A stretch of DNA of 60,871 bases, filler included, from Vannella sp. (taxonomy: Eukaryota), in the NCBI GenBank assembly GCA_023345925.1. It is 5 parts of 5 records of this genome, joined end to end, with 100 filler letters (N's around TTAATTAATTAA, not from the genome) between each part and the next. Parts side by side here need not be neighbours in the genome. Positions count along the whole stretch, not along the records: positions 1 to 11,656 come from JAJQQN010000398.1; positions 11,757 to 18,691 come from JAJQQN010000464.1; 3 more parts are not named here. One strand, 5' to 3'. The translations under genes were made by a program, and so were the position numbers. Positions 1-11,889 of this stretch are shown here, in pieces. The notes beneath the pieces are model-generated. The model ran no database searches. It saw only the letters and a list, made by a program, of their open reading frames with translations, and was not told the origin of the DNA. Each line of letters opens with the position of its first letter. Position 1 is the stretch's first letter.

Positions 1-387
1 GTTGGTACCGATGATGGTGAATGAGAACTCTCCTTGGGTTGATCTGGAGAGAGCGCAATCCAAAAACGTTGGCGGGCCTGCCGATCACAAGTGCTCCTCA
101 ACCACTGACTGGCAAAACTCGACTGGCACCGATACAATGATGTTTCTGAATGATTTAAGAGGGCCACTTTTCCATCGAGATGCTCCATGCATGGGTGCCC
201 AGAGTGAAAGGAGATGGGGCTGAGTGTGAAGAGGATGAAGGACCGAAGCTGCCACCCTGTTCGTGAAGAATGAATATGATTAATATGTGGAATACTTTTA
301 ATCGGGTTTCGCGTTTCTTAAGTTTCTCAAGGGAAAGGATAGTGTCGATTCAATTAGACCTTCATTGTTCTTCAGGTGCTAACTGTA

Positions 388-1044
388 ATGGGCTTGTCTG
401 CCTCCAACCTCGTTCATGTGCCGAGAGGATATGCTGAATCGGCTGTTCAAGATCCCAAGGGGCTGTGTCCAAGGGCTTTTGCTTGCAAGTATGTGACGAA
501 CAGTGAGGTCCTCTTTGCGAATCATGTTCCCTCCTCAATGGTTGGAACCATCGCTGGCTTTCACTTGAAGTATGCAGATGGACAAACCGCCTTCACATAT
601 GATGGTTTCCCCACCAGGCCCCGTTACAGACTTCTTGATCCTCTTGGCGAGCTCTTGGGAGAGGTCGAGCCTGTTGTCTCTGCCATACCTCTCGTCTTCA
701 TCAAGAATGGAAGTAATGTGGTGGCCCTGGTCGCGCGGAGCTCTTCTTCTGTGTTCTTCATGTCAGAGCTGCACTGTTGGGTCCTCGGTGAGCCATTGGA
801 GCATTCAGAGGCTCTGAAACACATCAATGAGTTGATGCAGACACCACCTGACTTTGTCATCCACTCCTGGAGCGGAAGCCAACACCTGACCATCCGACAC
901 AACGGCTCCGTCATCTTCAAAAGTCATCTTGAGCGCACTTCTTCCACTCTTTCGTATCACTGGCACATCGCCGCACTTGTTGATTCTGCTTTGCTCCTTC
1001 TTGTCAACCAGGCAGCCACGCTTCTGCGGATGCCACAATCATAA
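388..1044 (+). CDS. LURP-one/Tubby-C (scramblase-like) family protein, possibly N-myristoylated
   Basis: Intronless ORF from ATG 388 (MGLSAS). It contains YRLLDPLGELLGEV and a C-terminal YHWHIAALVDSALLLLV, resembling the LOR/Tubby-C terminal strand and buried helix. Confidence 0.5.
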   Translation: MGLSASNLVHVPRGYAESAVQDPKGLCPRAFACKYVTNSEVLFANHVPSSMVGTIAGFHLKYADGQTAFTYDGFPTRPRYRLLDPLGELLGEVEPVVSAIPLVFIKNGSNVVALVARSSSSVFFMSELHCWVLGEPLEHSEALKHINELMQTPPDFVIHSWSGSQHLTIRHNGSVIFKSHLERTSSTLSYHWHIAALVDSALLLLVNQAATLLRMPQS

Positions 1045-1354
1045 AGTTGTGTGCTTCCCCATCGAAGTCCGAAGCATCTCCTACACCTCCCTCCTTGCGA
1101 GGACGCGGATGCCCTTACGCTCTGCTAAAGATGGTTGTGAAGAAGCAGTCATGATGAAGAGCCCACAGGTTGTTGTGCTACCACACGAAGAGGATGCGGG
1201 AACGACAAAACATCTGAACAAAAATGTCAACCTTTTTGCATTTCAACCAGAATCAGTTTACACATCATCAGGCAAGGAATGGTCCGAATCATTGTGTAAA
1301 GGGTAATAATGATCGGAGTTGCCAGAGGGTCTCATTCTTTCTTGTCCACCGGTG

Positions 1355-2161
1355 ATGTCTGTGGAGCAATGGAAAAGTGCTGGTGTGTGGCCCTGTTGGA
1401 GTTGCGAGATAGTGGCGGGACTGACGTGAACTAGCTGATGCGGGATTGGACAAGTTGCGCGAGTTGAGCCTGGAGAACGAAGGCTGGACAGCGGACAAGC
1501 CCTCCAACGGGGTGGAGATCCACCACCGCTTTGTTGATGGCTCTCCCATCGTCATGTGAGAGTGTGTTGTTTTACTGCCACTATTCTGACTCTTATTCAC
1601 AGGATGAGAGGGCGATTGGAGTTCTCTTCCTCTGCGGAGACCGTCCTCAAGAGCACCGAAGACTACGAAACCCGCAAGAAGTGGGATGAGCTCTTCGTCA
1701 AAGGCACCGTTCTTGAAACTCTTGATGACACCCACCAAGTGGTCCACTTCCAGTTCAAGGTAAGCCACCGCCTCTCTCGAGCTCCCTCCTCATCGCCACT
1801 CCCAGAGCCCTTCCATGCTGGTCACCAGCCGAGACTTTGTCATGGCTCGTTCAGTCCGCCGTAACGCTGATGGCAGTATCCTCTCCAACCACGTCTCTGT
1901 TGTGCACGCTGGAACAGGAGACCAGAAGGGCTACGTGCGTGGAGAGGTCGATGTGAGTGGCTACTTCATCGAGCCCATCTCCGACAGCTCGTGCAAGTGC
2001 ACCTACGTGGTTCAGCTGGACCCTAAAGGAGTATGTCGCCACGAGATCTTGAATGCAAACGCTAACCCCTTCTGCAGTGGGTTCCCACTGCTGTCAGCAA
2101 CTCCGTGGCGATCAAGCAGCCTGTGGTGTTGGCTAAGCTCAAGGCTCACTTGGATAAGTGA
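1355..2161 (+). CDS. START lipid-transfer domain protein (5 exons)
   Basis: Four short GT-AG introns give MSVEQWKSAADAGLDKLRELSLENEGW...RKKWDELF...SPSMLVTSRDFV...KGYVRGEV...TYVVQLDPKGWVP...LKAHLDK*, which carries typical START motifs. Confidence 0.9.
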
Positions 2162-2208
2162 GCAAGAAGGCTGCAAAGTTTAATGAAATCGTTCTTTTCA
2201 TGTTTGAG

Positions 2209-5200
2209 CTACTTCCGAAGGTGCCCGTGGTTCTGAAGGCAGCGACAGCCACACCCGGTTGCACAAACGTCCTCTTTCATGAACCACTCGCGCATGTGGT
2301 CCGTGTGACCGCCGTGGCCGCAATGGAAGCAGAAAGTCGACATTCCACGAACAGGTAAGTTGCAAAGTGCGCACACAAACGCGCGCCGCTGGCATGATTG
2401 GCAGCCATTGCCGCCACTTCCTTTCAACTGTGCACTGCACTGGCGACAGATCACTCCAAACTCTGCCAGAGATGGGTCAGACTATGAGGAGTCGACGGAA
2501 CAATGAAGTGCTCACCCAATCCCGAGTGACTCAGACTCTCCTCTCCAGTAGTCTTCAGTACTTCCGCTGCTCCTTCAGAATGTCCTAAGCGATGAAGAAT
2601 TTGAGCGTAAGACTTAATGTAACGTTCCGTTGACTCCCGCGAGAGAGGAGACCCTTTCTGGAGCTTGGCTTCAGCTTGTGCTTGCTTCGCCCCTGTGAGG
2701 AACAGAACACAAAGAAGGAAAGACGTACTAGAAGGTTCAAGAGGTTCGGTGGTAAAGAGAGAGCGCAGGTAAAGAGTGCTAAGGTCTGGACATCCCGCAG
2801 TCTCTGATAATGGGAGAAAAGAGATTCTACTAATTGGTTGGTGAATGGATGCAATGCCCAAGCGGACTGCTTTAAGGGGGCGACGGGAGGTGCTTTAGGT
2901 GGTATGACAGCACCATAAGACATGGAGGCGTGTCTCCTCGCTCCCAGCGCGATGGGGCGAGGCTCAGCGTTTACGATGCGAGTCCGGTTGCTCCCACTGT
3001 TGTTGACAGTGGTTTGCTGGGGATGCAGTGCGAATAGCTTGGCTTTTGTGATGGTAGCTAGAACAAGCCAAGCCTTGTAAAGATCTTCCCTCCCTTGTGC
3101 TCGAGCGGCGTGTGCGTTTTGGGCGCAGACTGCTTCAGAGGACTCTCCAAAGATGCGATAAGAAGTAACCAACTTCCTATCAAGGATTATCAAGTTGCTC
3201 ACATCAACAGTAAGAACGCGCGGAGCAGTTGCGGGTCTTGATTGGTCCGTATTGAGAATCTCACGATTGGGAGCTGGGGTCTGTTTCACCGTCAAATCAG
3301 CAAGAGAAGACTCTTCTGTGTAGTAAAATGATGAGATGGAGTGAAGGTAGGGAGCTACTACAGGGTCTACTGTCTCCTCATTGGCGGAATCCCCGACGAC
3401 GACGGGCCGGTCCATAAACTTCAAAAGCCCTTCGTAAGTCGGCGGGGCACTTTGACCACGAGGGAAAGAAAAGTTGTGGAAGTAAATCAGCCGCCCCTCG
3501 GCTGTAAAGGTAGCACCAGCCAAGCGGGGGCAGGGAATTTCCGGCATATCTCTCCGGTCGTTCACAATGAAAGAGGGCGGTTGTTGGTGCTCCAGAAATT
3601 CAAGGGAATGGACAATGATCTTTTCTATGCAAATCAGATTCTGTTGAACAGCATTCTGAGCCACATTGTTGATGTTTTGGAGAAACTGTGATCTTTGAGT
3701 TGGTGGCAGAGTGGAGCTAATAATGGTGAAGTTGGGAGGAGCCCCGTTAGGATACAAAGTTGGGAATGTAATTCGGGTCTCCAGTGCATTCCCTTTGGCT
3801 TCCAACTTGATCTGGCAGAAACGATCTTGGGCATCTCTCTGCGAATGGATGAGTGACTCTGTTGAATGGTAATGGCTCTGTGTTATGTTGACTCACTTCA
3901 ATGATAGAGAAGCCTTGGATCGAGAGGGAATCAAGCGAATTCAGCTCATCACGAAGGTCCAATCCGTAAGAGTTCCGGCTGAATGTTCGATCGACCACCC
4001 CTCGGGTGTTCCCTAATGCTCCTGATGCGTTCGGGGTTGCTCTAACATACTCCTTTTACCATCTTTGGTGAGAATCCGAATCCTGCTTTCACAGACTATT
4101 ACGCACGGAGGTGAGATTGGCAGGAATCTTCCACGAGAAGATTTCGTTATCACGTGAAAGGGAAACCAGCTGATATCGAGACAGCGCACTTTCAGAGGAG
4201 GTAGTAGAATGCATGTCGACAGATAAAATCATGTCTTTGTGCCCTTCAAAGACCTGCGAGGGCACGGTCAAGTCACTTGCGGAGTACATTTTCAACAGAT
4301 TCTCTTCAGGGCATACTGCTAAGATGCCCTCTCCAAATGGCTTCCATTTGAAACTTAGATTAGAAGACATCTAGGTTGTTTGAGGGGACACTCACAAGGA
4401 AACGAGCATCGTTGAGCGAAGTGGAACTCCGCAATGTGGCCTGCGTCGTCCGAGGCATTGTTATCGTCCAAAACTTGATCTTTTTGTCTTGAGCACATGT
4501 AAGGAGGTCAGATGCACGGGTGTAGCTCCAGTCAATCGAGTTAATCTTGGAGTTATGGGCGGTAATGAATGTCAACGGGGTAGTTTCCTTCCGTAGATCC
4601 CACACCCGCACTTCTCCTGCATGGCTGGATGCCAGTAGATTGCCATCTAATCGGTTCCACTTCACATCCGTCGCGCCAACCGTCCAAGAGCAGAACGTCT
4701 TGAACTTTTCCACTGAAAGAACGTTCTTTCAGTCCTGTTTACAACACGGGAGGAGCCTCTCACCTGCTTTCGGGGTCCTCGTATCCCATACATTGATGTA
4801 AGTGTCATTCGAGCACGAAGCGAGGAGCGTAGGGTTCTGAGGACTCCAAGAGAGACCTTGAATCGCGCGAGTGTGGCTTTCCACGGTCGCTACGAGGCTT
4901 CTTCCTCCACGACCATCTATATCCCATAGGTAAACGTTCTTTCCATTCTACAAGCACCCCAAGGCGCCGTTCAGCAAGGACTGCCCGTTGAAAACGGGAG
5001 AAGTCTTACGGATGAGACGAGAGTGGACTGTTTGCTGGGGTGAGGGTTCCATTGAACGATGCACTGGGCAGATCGAGTTGGGAGGTTGGGGATAGTGAAG
5101 GTCTTTGTGATCTTGTCGGGCTTCTCCACCGTGGAGAGGTAAAGACCTTGCTTCCTGCACCCGTTCAGCCTTCCCCAGCACGCTCACATCATTACAAACC

Positions 5201-5300
5201 CTGCCATCATCAACAGACTACCCTCCAAGTGTACAGACAGCGAGGAGAGAGGCTTGGACAAGGGAACTTGGCCATGGCGAAGCACTCCGCCTTCGCTCAT
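2209..5300 (-). CDS. WDR59: GATOR2 subunit WDR59 / Sea3 homolog (multi-exon)
   Basis: N-terminal WD40 repeats (VQWNPHP, HTRAIQGLSWSP, VKWNRLDGNLLASSHAGEVRVWDLRK), an RWD-like ITFPTLYPNGAPPNF, PCPRLAGATFTAEGRLIYF, RDVQTLA, and a C-terminal CALCNLPVRG..FCFHCGHGGH..HMREWF..CATGCGCRC zinc finger. Confidence 0.92.
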
Positions 5301-5392
5301 CCCTTCCTTCCCCGAAATGACCCTTTAGGGCCCTTTAGGGCCCTTCGAACGCTTTGGCCAGTGGTGTGTACAAGAGAGGAGACTTGTATTGG

Positions 5393-5977
5393 CTAAGCCA
5401 GCATCAGTAAGCGCGTGGGAACGTTCGGTCCCCAATCACTCATGCGGATTGGGGCGCTGTTGGCCCCTTGCATGAAGTGGGTCGTGTGGGGGAGGAGCCT
5501 CCTTTCTGTTGTTGTTGGTGGCGGTGGTGGGTGTACGTTTGAAGCCAACGGGGAGGGAGGCAGAGTAGAGGGAAGGGCGGAGTCCGGAATGGGGGGTGCT
5601 GGGGTGTGCTGGGCAAGGGCGCTACAGCCCTTTTCACACCATGTGAAGGTTACAGGAGGCTTGGAAGAGACTGTGGGCCGGACGTGGAACAGCCAGAGCT
5701 TGTAGGAAGGGAGCAAGGAGATACGCTCTTTAGTCCTTCTGCGAGGAGTGATGCGAGAGACGGACACGAGAACGTCATGATAAGGTACCGTCGTGCGCGA
5801 CTTGGTTTGATTCCAACGCCAGCTTGGTTCAGCAGGGAAGTGCGATGACACGATAATCCCAGGGTACTTGTGGACGGAATCTGCAATGAACGCGCTCTCA
5901 TTGACGCTATGTTCCACCACGGCATTATTGAACTTGTTGTTGAAGAGCGCCAACGCGGCCACCACCTCCGGAGACAT
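5393..5977 (-). CDS. Hypothetical protein, WxWNQ...WCEKG family (paralogue 1), with Pro-rich tail
   Basis: ORF from MSPEVV, with a CCAAT box about 25 nt upstream. It shares ordered motifs with the gene at 26638-26991. Confidence 0.65.
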   Translation of the reverse strand: MSPEVVAALALFNNKFNNAVVEHSVNESAFIADSVHKYPGIIVSSHFPAEPSWRWNQTKSRTTVPYHDVLVSVSRITPRRRTKERISLLPSYKLWLFHVRPTVSSKPPVTFTWCEKGCSALAQHTPAPPIPDSALPSTLPPSPLASNVHPPPPPTTTERRLLPHTTHFMQGANSAPIRMSDWGPNVPTRLLMLA

Positions 5978-6270
5978 GACGACAAAGACGAATGTTCGCT
6001 GATTGGCTGAAATGGCCGAATGAACGACCTTTCCGTCAATCCAAGCAGGCATTTAATCCCCTTTGACATATGAGACGAGCAGTGATTACGCTGCCATCCC
6101 ACTAAAATGGAAAATGCGGCCGTTCCGATTGTGGGCCGAAAATTCTGTGGTTTGGGCACATTGATTTCCATTTATTGGTTTGAAGAGAACGGGAAGGGAG
6201 GAGAAAGGGATGGAGGAAAAGCGGAGATTTTTGGAGATTTCTTTCGCTCACTCGCTGGAAAGCCGAAAGG

Positions 6271-9106
6271 ATGAGCATCGACCACACGGCCCTTTTGAAG
6301 GAACTTGACGTCAACGGAGAGAAGCTTCGCTACTACAGCATTCCCGCTTTAGCGGATGAGCGAATTGGTGGGTGGCACCGCGGAACGGCCTTGGGGAGGG
6401 AGCGCCTTTTCTGACAGGGTTTTAGCCAAGTTGCCGTTCTCCATTCGTATCCTCCTTGAGTCTGCTGTTCGCAACTCGAACGTGGAAGGCTCCTTTGTCC
6501 CAGTGGAGGACATTGAGAGAATCCTGGATTGGGGTGAGTCTCCGCCCCTCTTCCTCTCGTTGCCCCTCCTCATTCCTCCACAGAGAAGAACAGCAAGGAG
6601 GATGTTGAGATTGCCTTCAAACCAGCCCGCGTTCTGTTGCAAGACTTCACTGGTGTCCCCGCTGTCGTTGATCTCGCGGCCATGCGAGACGCACTCAAGC
6701 GTTTAGGAGGAGACCCGACGAAGATCAACCCCTCAGTCCCTGTAGACTTGGTGATTGATCACTCGGTTCAAGTGGACAAGTTTGGTTCCGAGGAGGCTCT
6801 TGCGTACAACTTGGCCCAAGAGTTCTACAACAACAAGGAGCGCTTTGCCTTCCTCAAGTGGGGTGCCAAGGCCTTCAGTGACCTTACTATTGTCCCTCCT
6901 GGTGCTGGTATCGTCCATCAAGTCAATCTGGAGTTCCTTGGCCGCGTTGTGTTCGACCGCGAAGGACTTCTCTATCCCGACTCCCTTGTTGGAACAGACA
7001 GCCACACGCCCATGATCAACGGTCTTGGCATGTAAGATACCACTCGATTCATACCTCGTATGGGACTCACAAGCTTGCAGTGTTGGATGGGGCGTTGGAG
7101 GAATCGAAGCTGAGGCGGTCATGCTCGGTCAGCCTATTTCGATGGTCCTCCCTCAGGTGATTGGGTACAAGCTTGTGGGAAAGCTGCCATCCCATGCCAC
7201 TGCAACCGACTTGGTGCTCGCCATTGCCAAGAACCTCCGTGCCAAAGGCGTGGTGGAGAAGTTCGTCGAGTTCTATGGTCCTGGTGTTGCCACTCTGTCC
7301 TTGGCAGATCGCGCTACGATCTCGAACATGACTCCCGAGTTTGGTGCAACGATTGGATACTTCCCTGCTGACGAGCAGACTTTGGAGTACCTCCGCCTTA
7401 CTGGCCGCTCTGATCGCAAGTTGGCCATTATCGAAGCCTATCTTCGGGCCCAAGAGCTCTTCCGTGACTACACCAACGCTGACCACGACCCCGTGTTCAC
7501 TGACACCCTCACGTTGGACCTTTCCACCATTGTCCCGTGCATGGCCGGGCCCAAGCGCCCTCATGACTTTGTTCCCCTCACTCAGATGAAGGAGGACTTT
7601 GCCAAGTGCCTCCGCTCCCCTGTTGGCTTCAAGGGATACGGTATCGAGGAGAGCGCCATCAGCAAGAAGGTTGACTTTGAGATGGACGGCCATTCCCTCA
7701 CCCTGGCCCACGGAAGCGTTGTGATTGCTGCTATTACCTCGTGCACCAACACTTCTAACCCCTCTGTCATGATTGCGGCAGGGTTGGTGGCTCGCAATGC
7801 TGCCAAGTTGGGGCTGAAGGTCCCTCGTTATGTCAAGACTTCCCTCGCTCCTGGCTCCAACGTGGTCACCCAATACCTGAAGAAGAGTGGTCTCATGCCA
7901 TACTTGCAGGAGTTGGGCTTCAATGTGGTGGGTTATGGATGCACCACGTGCATTGGCAACTCTGGCCCTCTTCCTGAAGCTGTCGGGAAGGTCATTGACG
8001 ACAACGACTTGATCTGCTCCGGTGTTCTGAGTGGCAACCGCAACTTTGAGGGTCGCATTCACTCCCAGGTCCGCGCTAACTACTTGGCTAGCCCCCCTCT
8101 TGTAGTGGCTTATGCTCTTGCAGGAACCACTCTGATTGACTTTGAGACAGAGCCTATTGGCCAAGACCAAAACGGCAAAGCCGTCTTCTTGAGAGACGTG
8201 TGGCCTTCACACGAGGAGATCGCAAAGACCATCGAGTCCAGTGTGTTGAAGGAGTTCTTTGTTGAAGTTTACAAGTCTGTCACAGACGGTACTGCTGAGT
8301 GGAACTCTTTGGAAGCTTCCGACTCCACCCTTTATCCCTGGTCTGAGGAAAGCACCTACATTCATCACCCTCCTTTCTTCCAGGAGATGACTCAGAAGGT
8401 GGAAGCCATCACCTCGATCGATGGAGCTCGCGCTCTTCTGAACCTTGGAGACTCCATCACTACCGACCACATTTCTCCTGCCGGATCTATTTCCATCCGA
8501 TCGCCCGCTGCTCGCTATTTGCAAGAGCGAGGTGTTGACCGCAAGGACTTCAACTCGTACGGTTCCCGCCGTGGAAACGACCAAGTTATGACTCGCGGTA
8601 CATTCGCTAACATTCGCTTGGTCAACAAATTCATTGGCAAGGCTGCCCCCAAGACGATCCACTTCCCATCTGGAGAAGAGTTGGATGTTTCTGATGCTGC
8701 TGAACGCTACATTAAGGAGCGCACTCCTCTGATTGTTCTCGCTGGTGAGAATTATGGCTCTGGAAGCTCCCGTGATTGGGCCGCTAAGGGTGTTTGGATG
8801 CAAAACGTCAAGGCTGTCATCGCCGTCACATATGAGCGCATTCATCGCAGTAACTTGGTTCTCTTCGGTGTGATGCCCCTTGAGTTCAAGAAGGGAGACA
8901 GCGCTGACAGTTTGGGTCTGACTGGAAAGGAGTACTTCTCCATTGACCTCAACGGCGAGATTAAGCCCGGCATGGAGGTCACTGTCAACGTCAAGGAGGG
9001 AGTCATTGAAAAGTTCACTGCCAAGCTCCGAATCGACACTGACAGTGAAATCGCTTACTACACGAACGGTGGAGTGCTCAACTACGTCATTCGCAACAGA
9101 ATCTAA
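6271..9106 (+). CDS. ACO1: Cytosolic aconitate hydratase (AcnA/IRP1 type)
   Basis: [98 protein letters not shown]. Three introns (first 6368-6425). No mitochondrial presequence. Confidence 0.96.
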
Positions 9107-9154
9107 GCGGGATTTATCCAAATCCAAATCTGGAATAAACTGTCCGAGTCTAAC

Positions 9155-11507
9155 TTAGGCAGATTCTGATGCGTTGAAGGCCAGCGCTTTTCCTGCCAAA
9201 AGAGAAGCTTTGGCAGCCTCTGCGATGCGAGAAGTAACCACATAATCTCGCATGGGAGAACGAGGCACCATCTCATCTCCTTGCAAAAGAGACACAAAAT
9301 GGCGGGTCTCCTCCACGTAAGCTTCGCCGTAGCGCGCCAAAACTGCAATCAACTCTCAGTTTCACTCTGATATCAATAAGAGAGAGCTCTTACAGTCCGG
9401 AGGATTGTCCGTAGTGAACCCGCGGCCATCCGCTACTTGAACTGAAGTGTGTCCCAAGTTCTCCACTGAGTACATACCGCGGCTGGTGTGCACTTCAGCA
9501 CGTTGGTCATACCCGTACACTAGTAATGATCAGCGCTTTACTTGCAAGGAGTGGAACGCCTACCTGCATTGCGGTGATTGTCAATAGAGACAATACATCC
9601 GGATGGGAACCGCAGGACAACCACAATGGCATCCACATCCCCCGCCTCCTTAAGCATGGGATTGTGAGCATGAGCTTGACAGTAAACCTCATACGGGTAT
9701 TCTTCCGTTAAGTAGACTGCCATGTCAATATCGTGGATGACAGAGTCAAACAAGAACCCGCCAGAAGATAAAAGATAATCCAGTCCACTGTTTGAAGCAG
9801 GCTCGCGAGAAGTGACGCGAATAAGTTGCTTATTCCCCTGAATGACGTTCTTCAGTTGCCGGAAATGAATGTCAGAACGACGATGGAAGCCACAATAAAG
9901 AGCCAATCCCGATTCTTCTGCCAACCGCACGCAAGTTTGCGTATCAGCAGCATTAAGAGCGAGAGGCTTTTCACAAAAAACGTGCTTTCCCGCCTTTAAA
10001 GAGGCGACAATCAAGGCGCAATGCGAAGACGAAGTGGTTGACACAAACACTACATGGACTGCGGGGTCTGCCAGTGCCTTGGCCAAGTTGTCATCATTAA
10101 GAGTGAATCCTTTTGAACCAGGAAAGTCTCTTGCGAAGGCTTGGGCGGAGGCCTCGATGATGTCAAAGCCATAAAGCACTTTGACATTGTGCTTTCCCCG
10201 GATAGCAGTTGCACGCACTCTCCCCATCCTGCCAGTCCCGAAGATGACCACACCCATAGATACGTCTTTGGGTACTGTTGGATCTATCAACAAGGTGTCA
10301 GAGAGTACCCCAGCACGAGAGCAACCAACATTTCTTCTCCGGATTGGATGTCTCTGAAGGAGGGGCTGGGCAGGATGCTTGAGCCTTTCTTGAAGATTGT
10401 ATGCTTTGGCTTAAACGAGCGTTGCTCAAACAGTCCTTGACAGTGATCTTCGGCTCAGTAACTCGGCCCTCAAGGAGATCGACCCAATGCAGGAGTTCCT
10501 CGCGGTGGGCCTCTTCGTACCTCTCGATGAGGGAGTGAGGAGCCGATGGGGTACTGTGTCCTTGCCCAGAGGACACTATCACAGGTGAATGGGTCGGGTT
10601 CTGAAGCGTCGCCATCCCCCCGTTCCCCAAAACCTCCGCACGGACGTCGTATCCATAAGAAGTCTGCAGGGAGTTGTCAATGACACAGAGAGCGCCATTG
10701 GGGAACTTAAGGACGGTCACAGCCGTGTCTTCAGCGCCCATAAAGGAGCTGGCAGTCGAGTACACGGAAGAAGGCTCCTCTCCAACCATCCAACGGGCAA
10801 AGTCCTGATATCCACAGTCACACCAGTAGTCACGGAGCTCTTGAGATGTCAGTACCCACCACATCATGCCCAGTGATCTCGTCTAGGAGGGTTTCCGTCG
10901 GTTCGGCCACTAGAAGCTCTTCAGGAGGCGGGGGGTGAGCGCGGGAGGTCACTCTGACTAAAGAAATGGGTCCAAGCTGCTTCTCTGCAACACCTTTGGT
11001 AGCCTGCGCCGCAGGATCAAAGCGGCGGCGCATTCCTGGTCCTTATTAGAGATGCCCGGATCGTCCCCTCCTTCGTTGCGTACCAAAGAGAAGAGGAACG
11101 TTCTTCTTCTGTGCAAGAAGGAAGAGTTCCTCGAGTTGTGCTTCTTTCAGAGCCAGAGGACGGTCACAGAAGACCGCTTTCCCCGAATTGAGTGCCTGGG
11201 GGAGTCACATGAGCTTCTCTTGAGGGATGCAAAGGAGGAGGGTCACCTGACTGATCTGAGAGAACTGATGGGAGATCGGAGAAGCTATCAAGACACCAGC
11301 AACCTTCTCATCCGCCAACACGACAGAAAGATCGCTCGTTCCGACCACGCCCGCTCCAAACTGAGCCGCGACAACGTTGGCTGCAGTGTCATGCCCAACC
11401 AGATAGCGAAGAGTGAGGCGAGAATGAGTCACCACATGACGGGCATGGACCAGCGCCATGCCTCCATCGCCGACCACTGCCACACCCAACTTCGCTCTCT
11501 CCGCCAT
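9155..11507 (-). CDS. Tandem (two-unit) Gfo/Idh/MocA oxidoreductase, myo-inositol 2-dehydrogenase-like
   Basis: Unit 1 has VAVVGDGGMA...GKAVFCDRPLAL...RRFDP...HDVDFARW...YGYDVRAEV. Unit 2 has VIFGTGRMG...GKHVFCEKPLA...GFHRRSD...HDIDMA...YGYDQRAEV. A phase-1 intron near 10285-10330 joins them in frame. Confidence 0.8.
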
Positions 11508-11610
11508 GACCGAATAACCAGTCAAGCTTTTATTGAATTTGCGTGTCAGCCGGCGAAACAGCGAACGAAGCGCCGTTTGGAGAGAAGTCACGAGCGGCGG
11601 GGGCATTTCC

Positions 11611-11656
11611 CCTTGTTTTTGGGTCCTCAAACATCCAAAAAGTGAAAAAATGAAAT
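11611..11656 (+). repeat. Dispersed repeat, copy A (cut by contig end)
   Basis: CCTTGTTTTTGGGTCCTCAAACATCCAAAAAGTGAAAAAATGAAAT matches the minus strand of 25232-25277 and overlaps the match at 45898-45919. Confidence 0.85.
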
Positions 11657-11756
11657 NNNNNNNNNNNNNNNNNNNNNNNNNNNNNNNNNNNNNNNNNNNN
11701 TTAATTAATTAANNNNNNNNNNNNNNNNNNNNNNNNNNNNNNNNNNNNNNNNNNNN
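11657..11756. other. Assembly spacer (contig join)
   Basis: N44-TTAATTAATTAA-N44, a linker with stops in all six frames. Confidence 0.98.
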
Positions 11757-11889
11757 CCAGCCATCGCCGATCCGATTTAATTCCTTGAACAACTCGGCTT
11801 GTTTTGGTCTGTTCGAAAAAACGACTTTATCTCACAATTTGAGTATATAATCTGCATCTATGCTGAATGTCATTTTGCTTTTGGGCTTG

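Noticed and set aside
2..223. Possible 3' end of a gene at the window start
   Set aside because: Too short and no recognisable motif.
5321..5344. CCCTTTAGGG x2 resembling a telomeric repeat upstream of WDR59
   Set aside because: Only two units and internal to a contig, which is too short to call a telomere or telo-box.
7067..9127. Long antisense ORFs (367 and 306 aa) opposite aconitase, and similar ones opposite the GPR107-like and sedolisin genes
   Set aside because: These are shadow ORFs caused by codon bias of the sense gene and have no recognisable motifs.
11635..11656. CCAAAAAGTGAAAAAATGAAAT as a shared transcription-factor site
   Set aside because: Similarity extends well beyond the motif across three copies, so it is better explained as a dispersed repeat.
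11701..11712. TTAATTAATTAA palindrome recurring four times
   Set aside because: It is always centred in identical N runs, so it is an artificial contig linker. Gene neighbourhoods across it were not interpreted.
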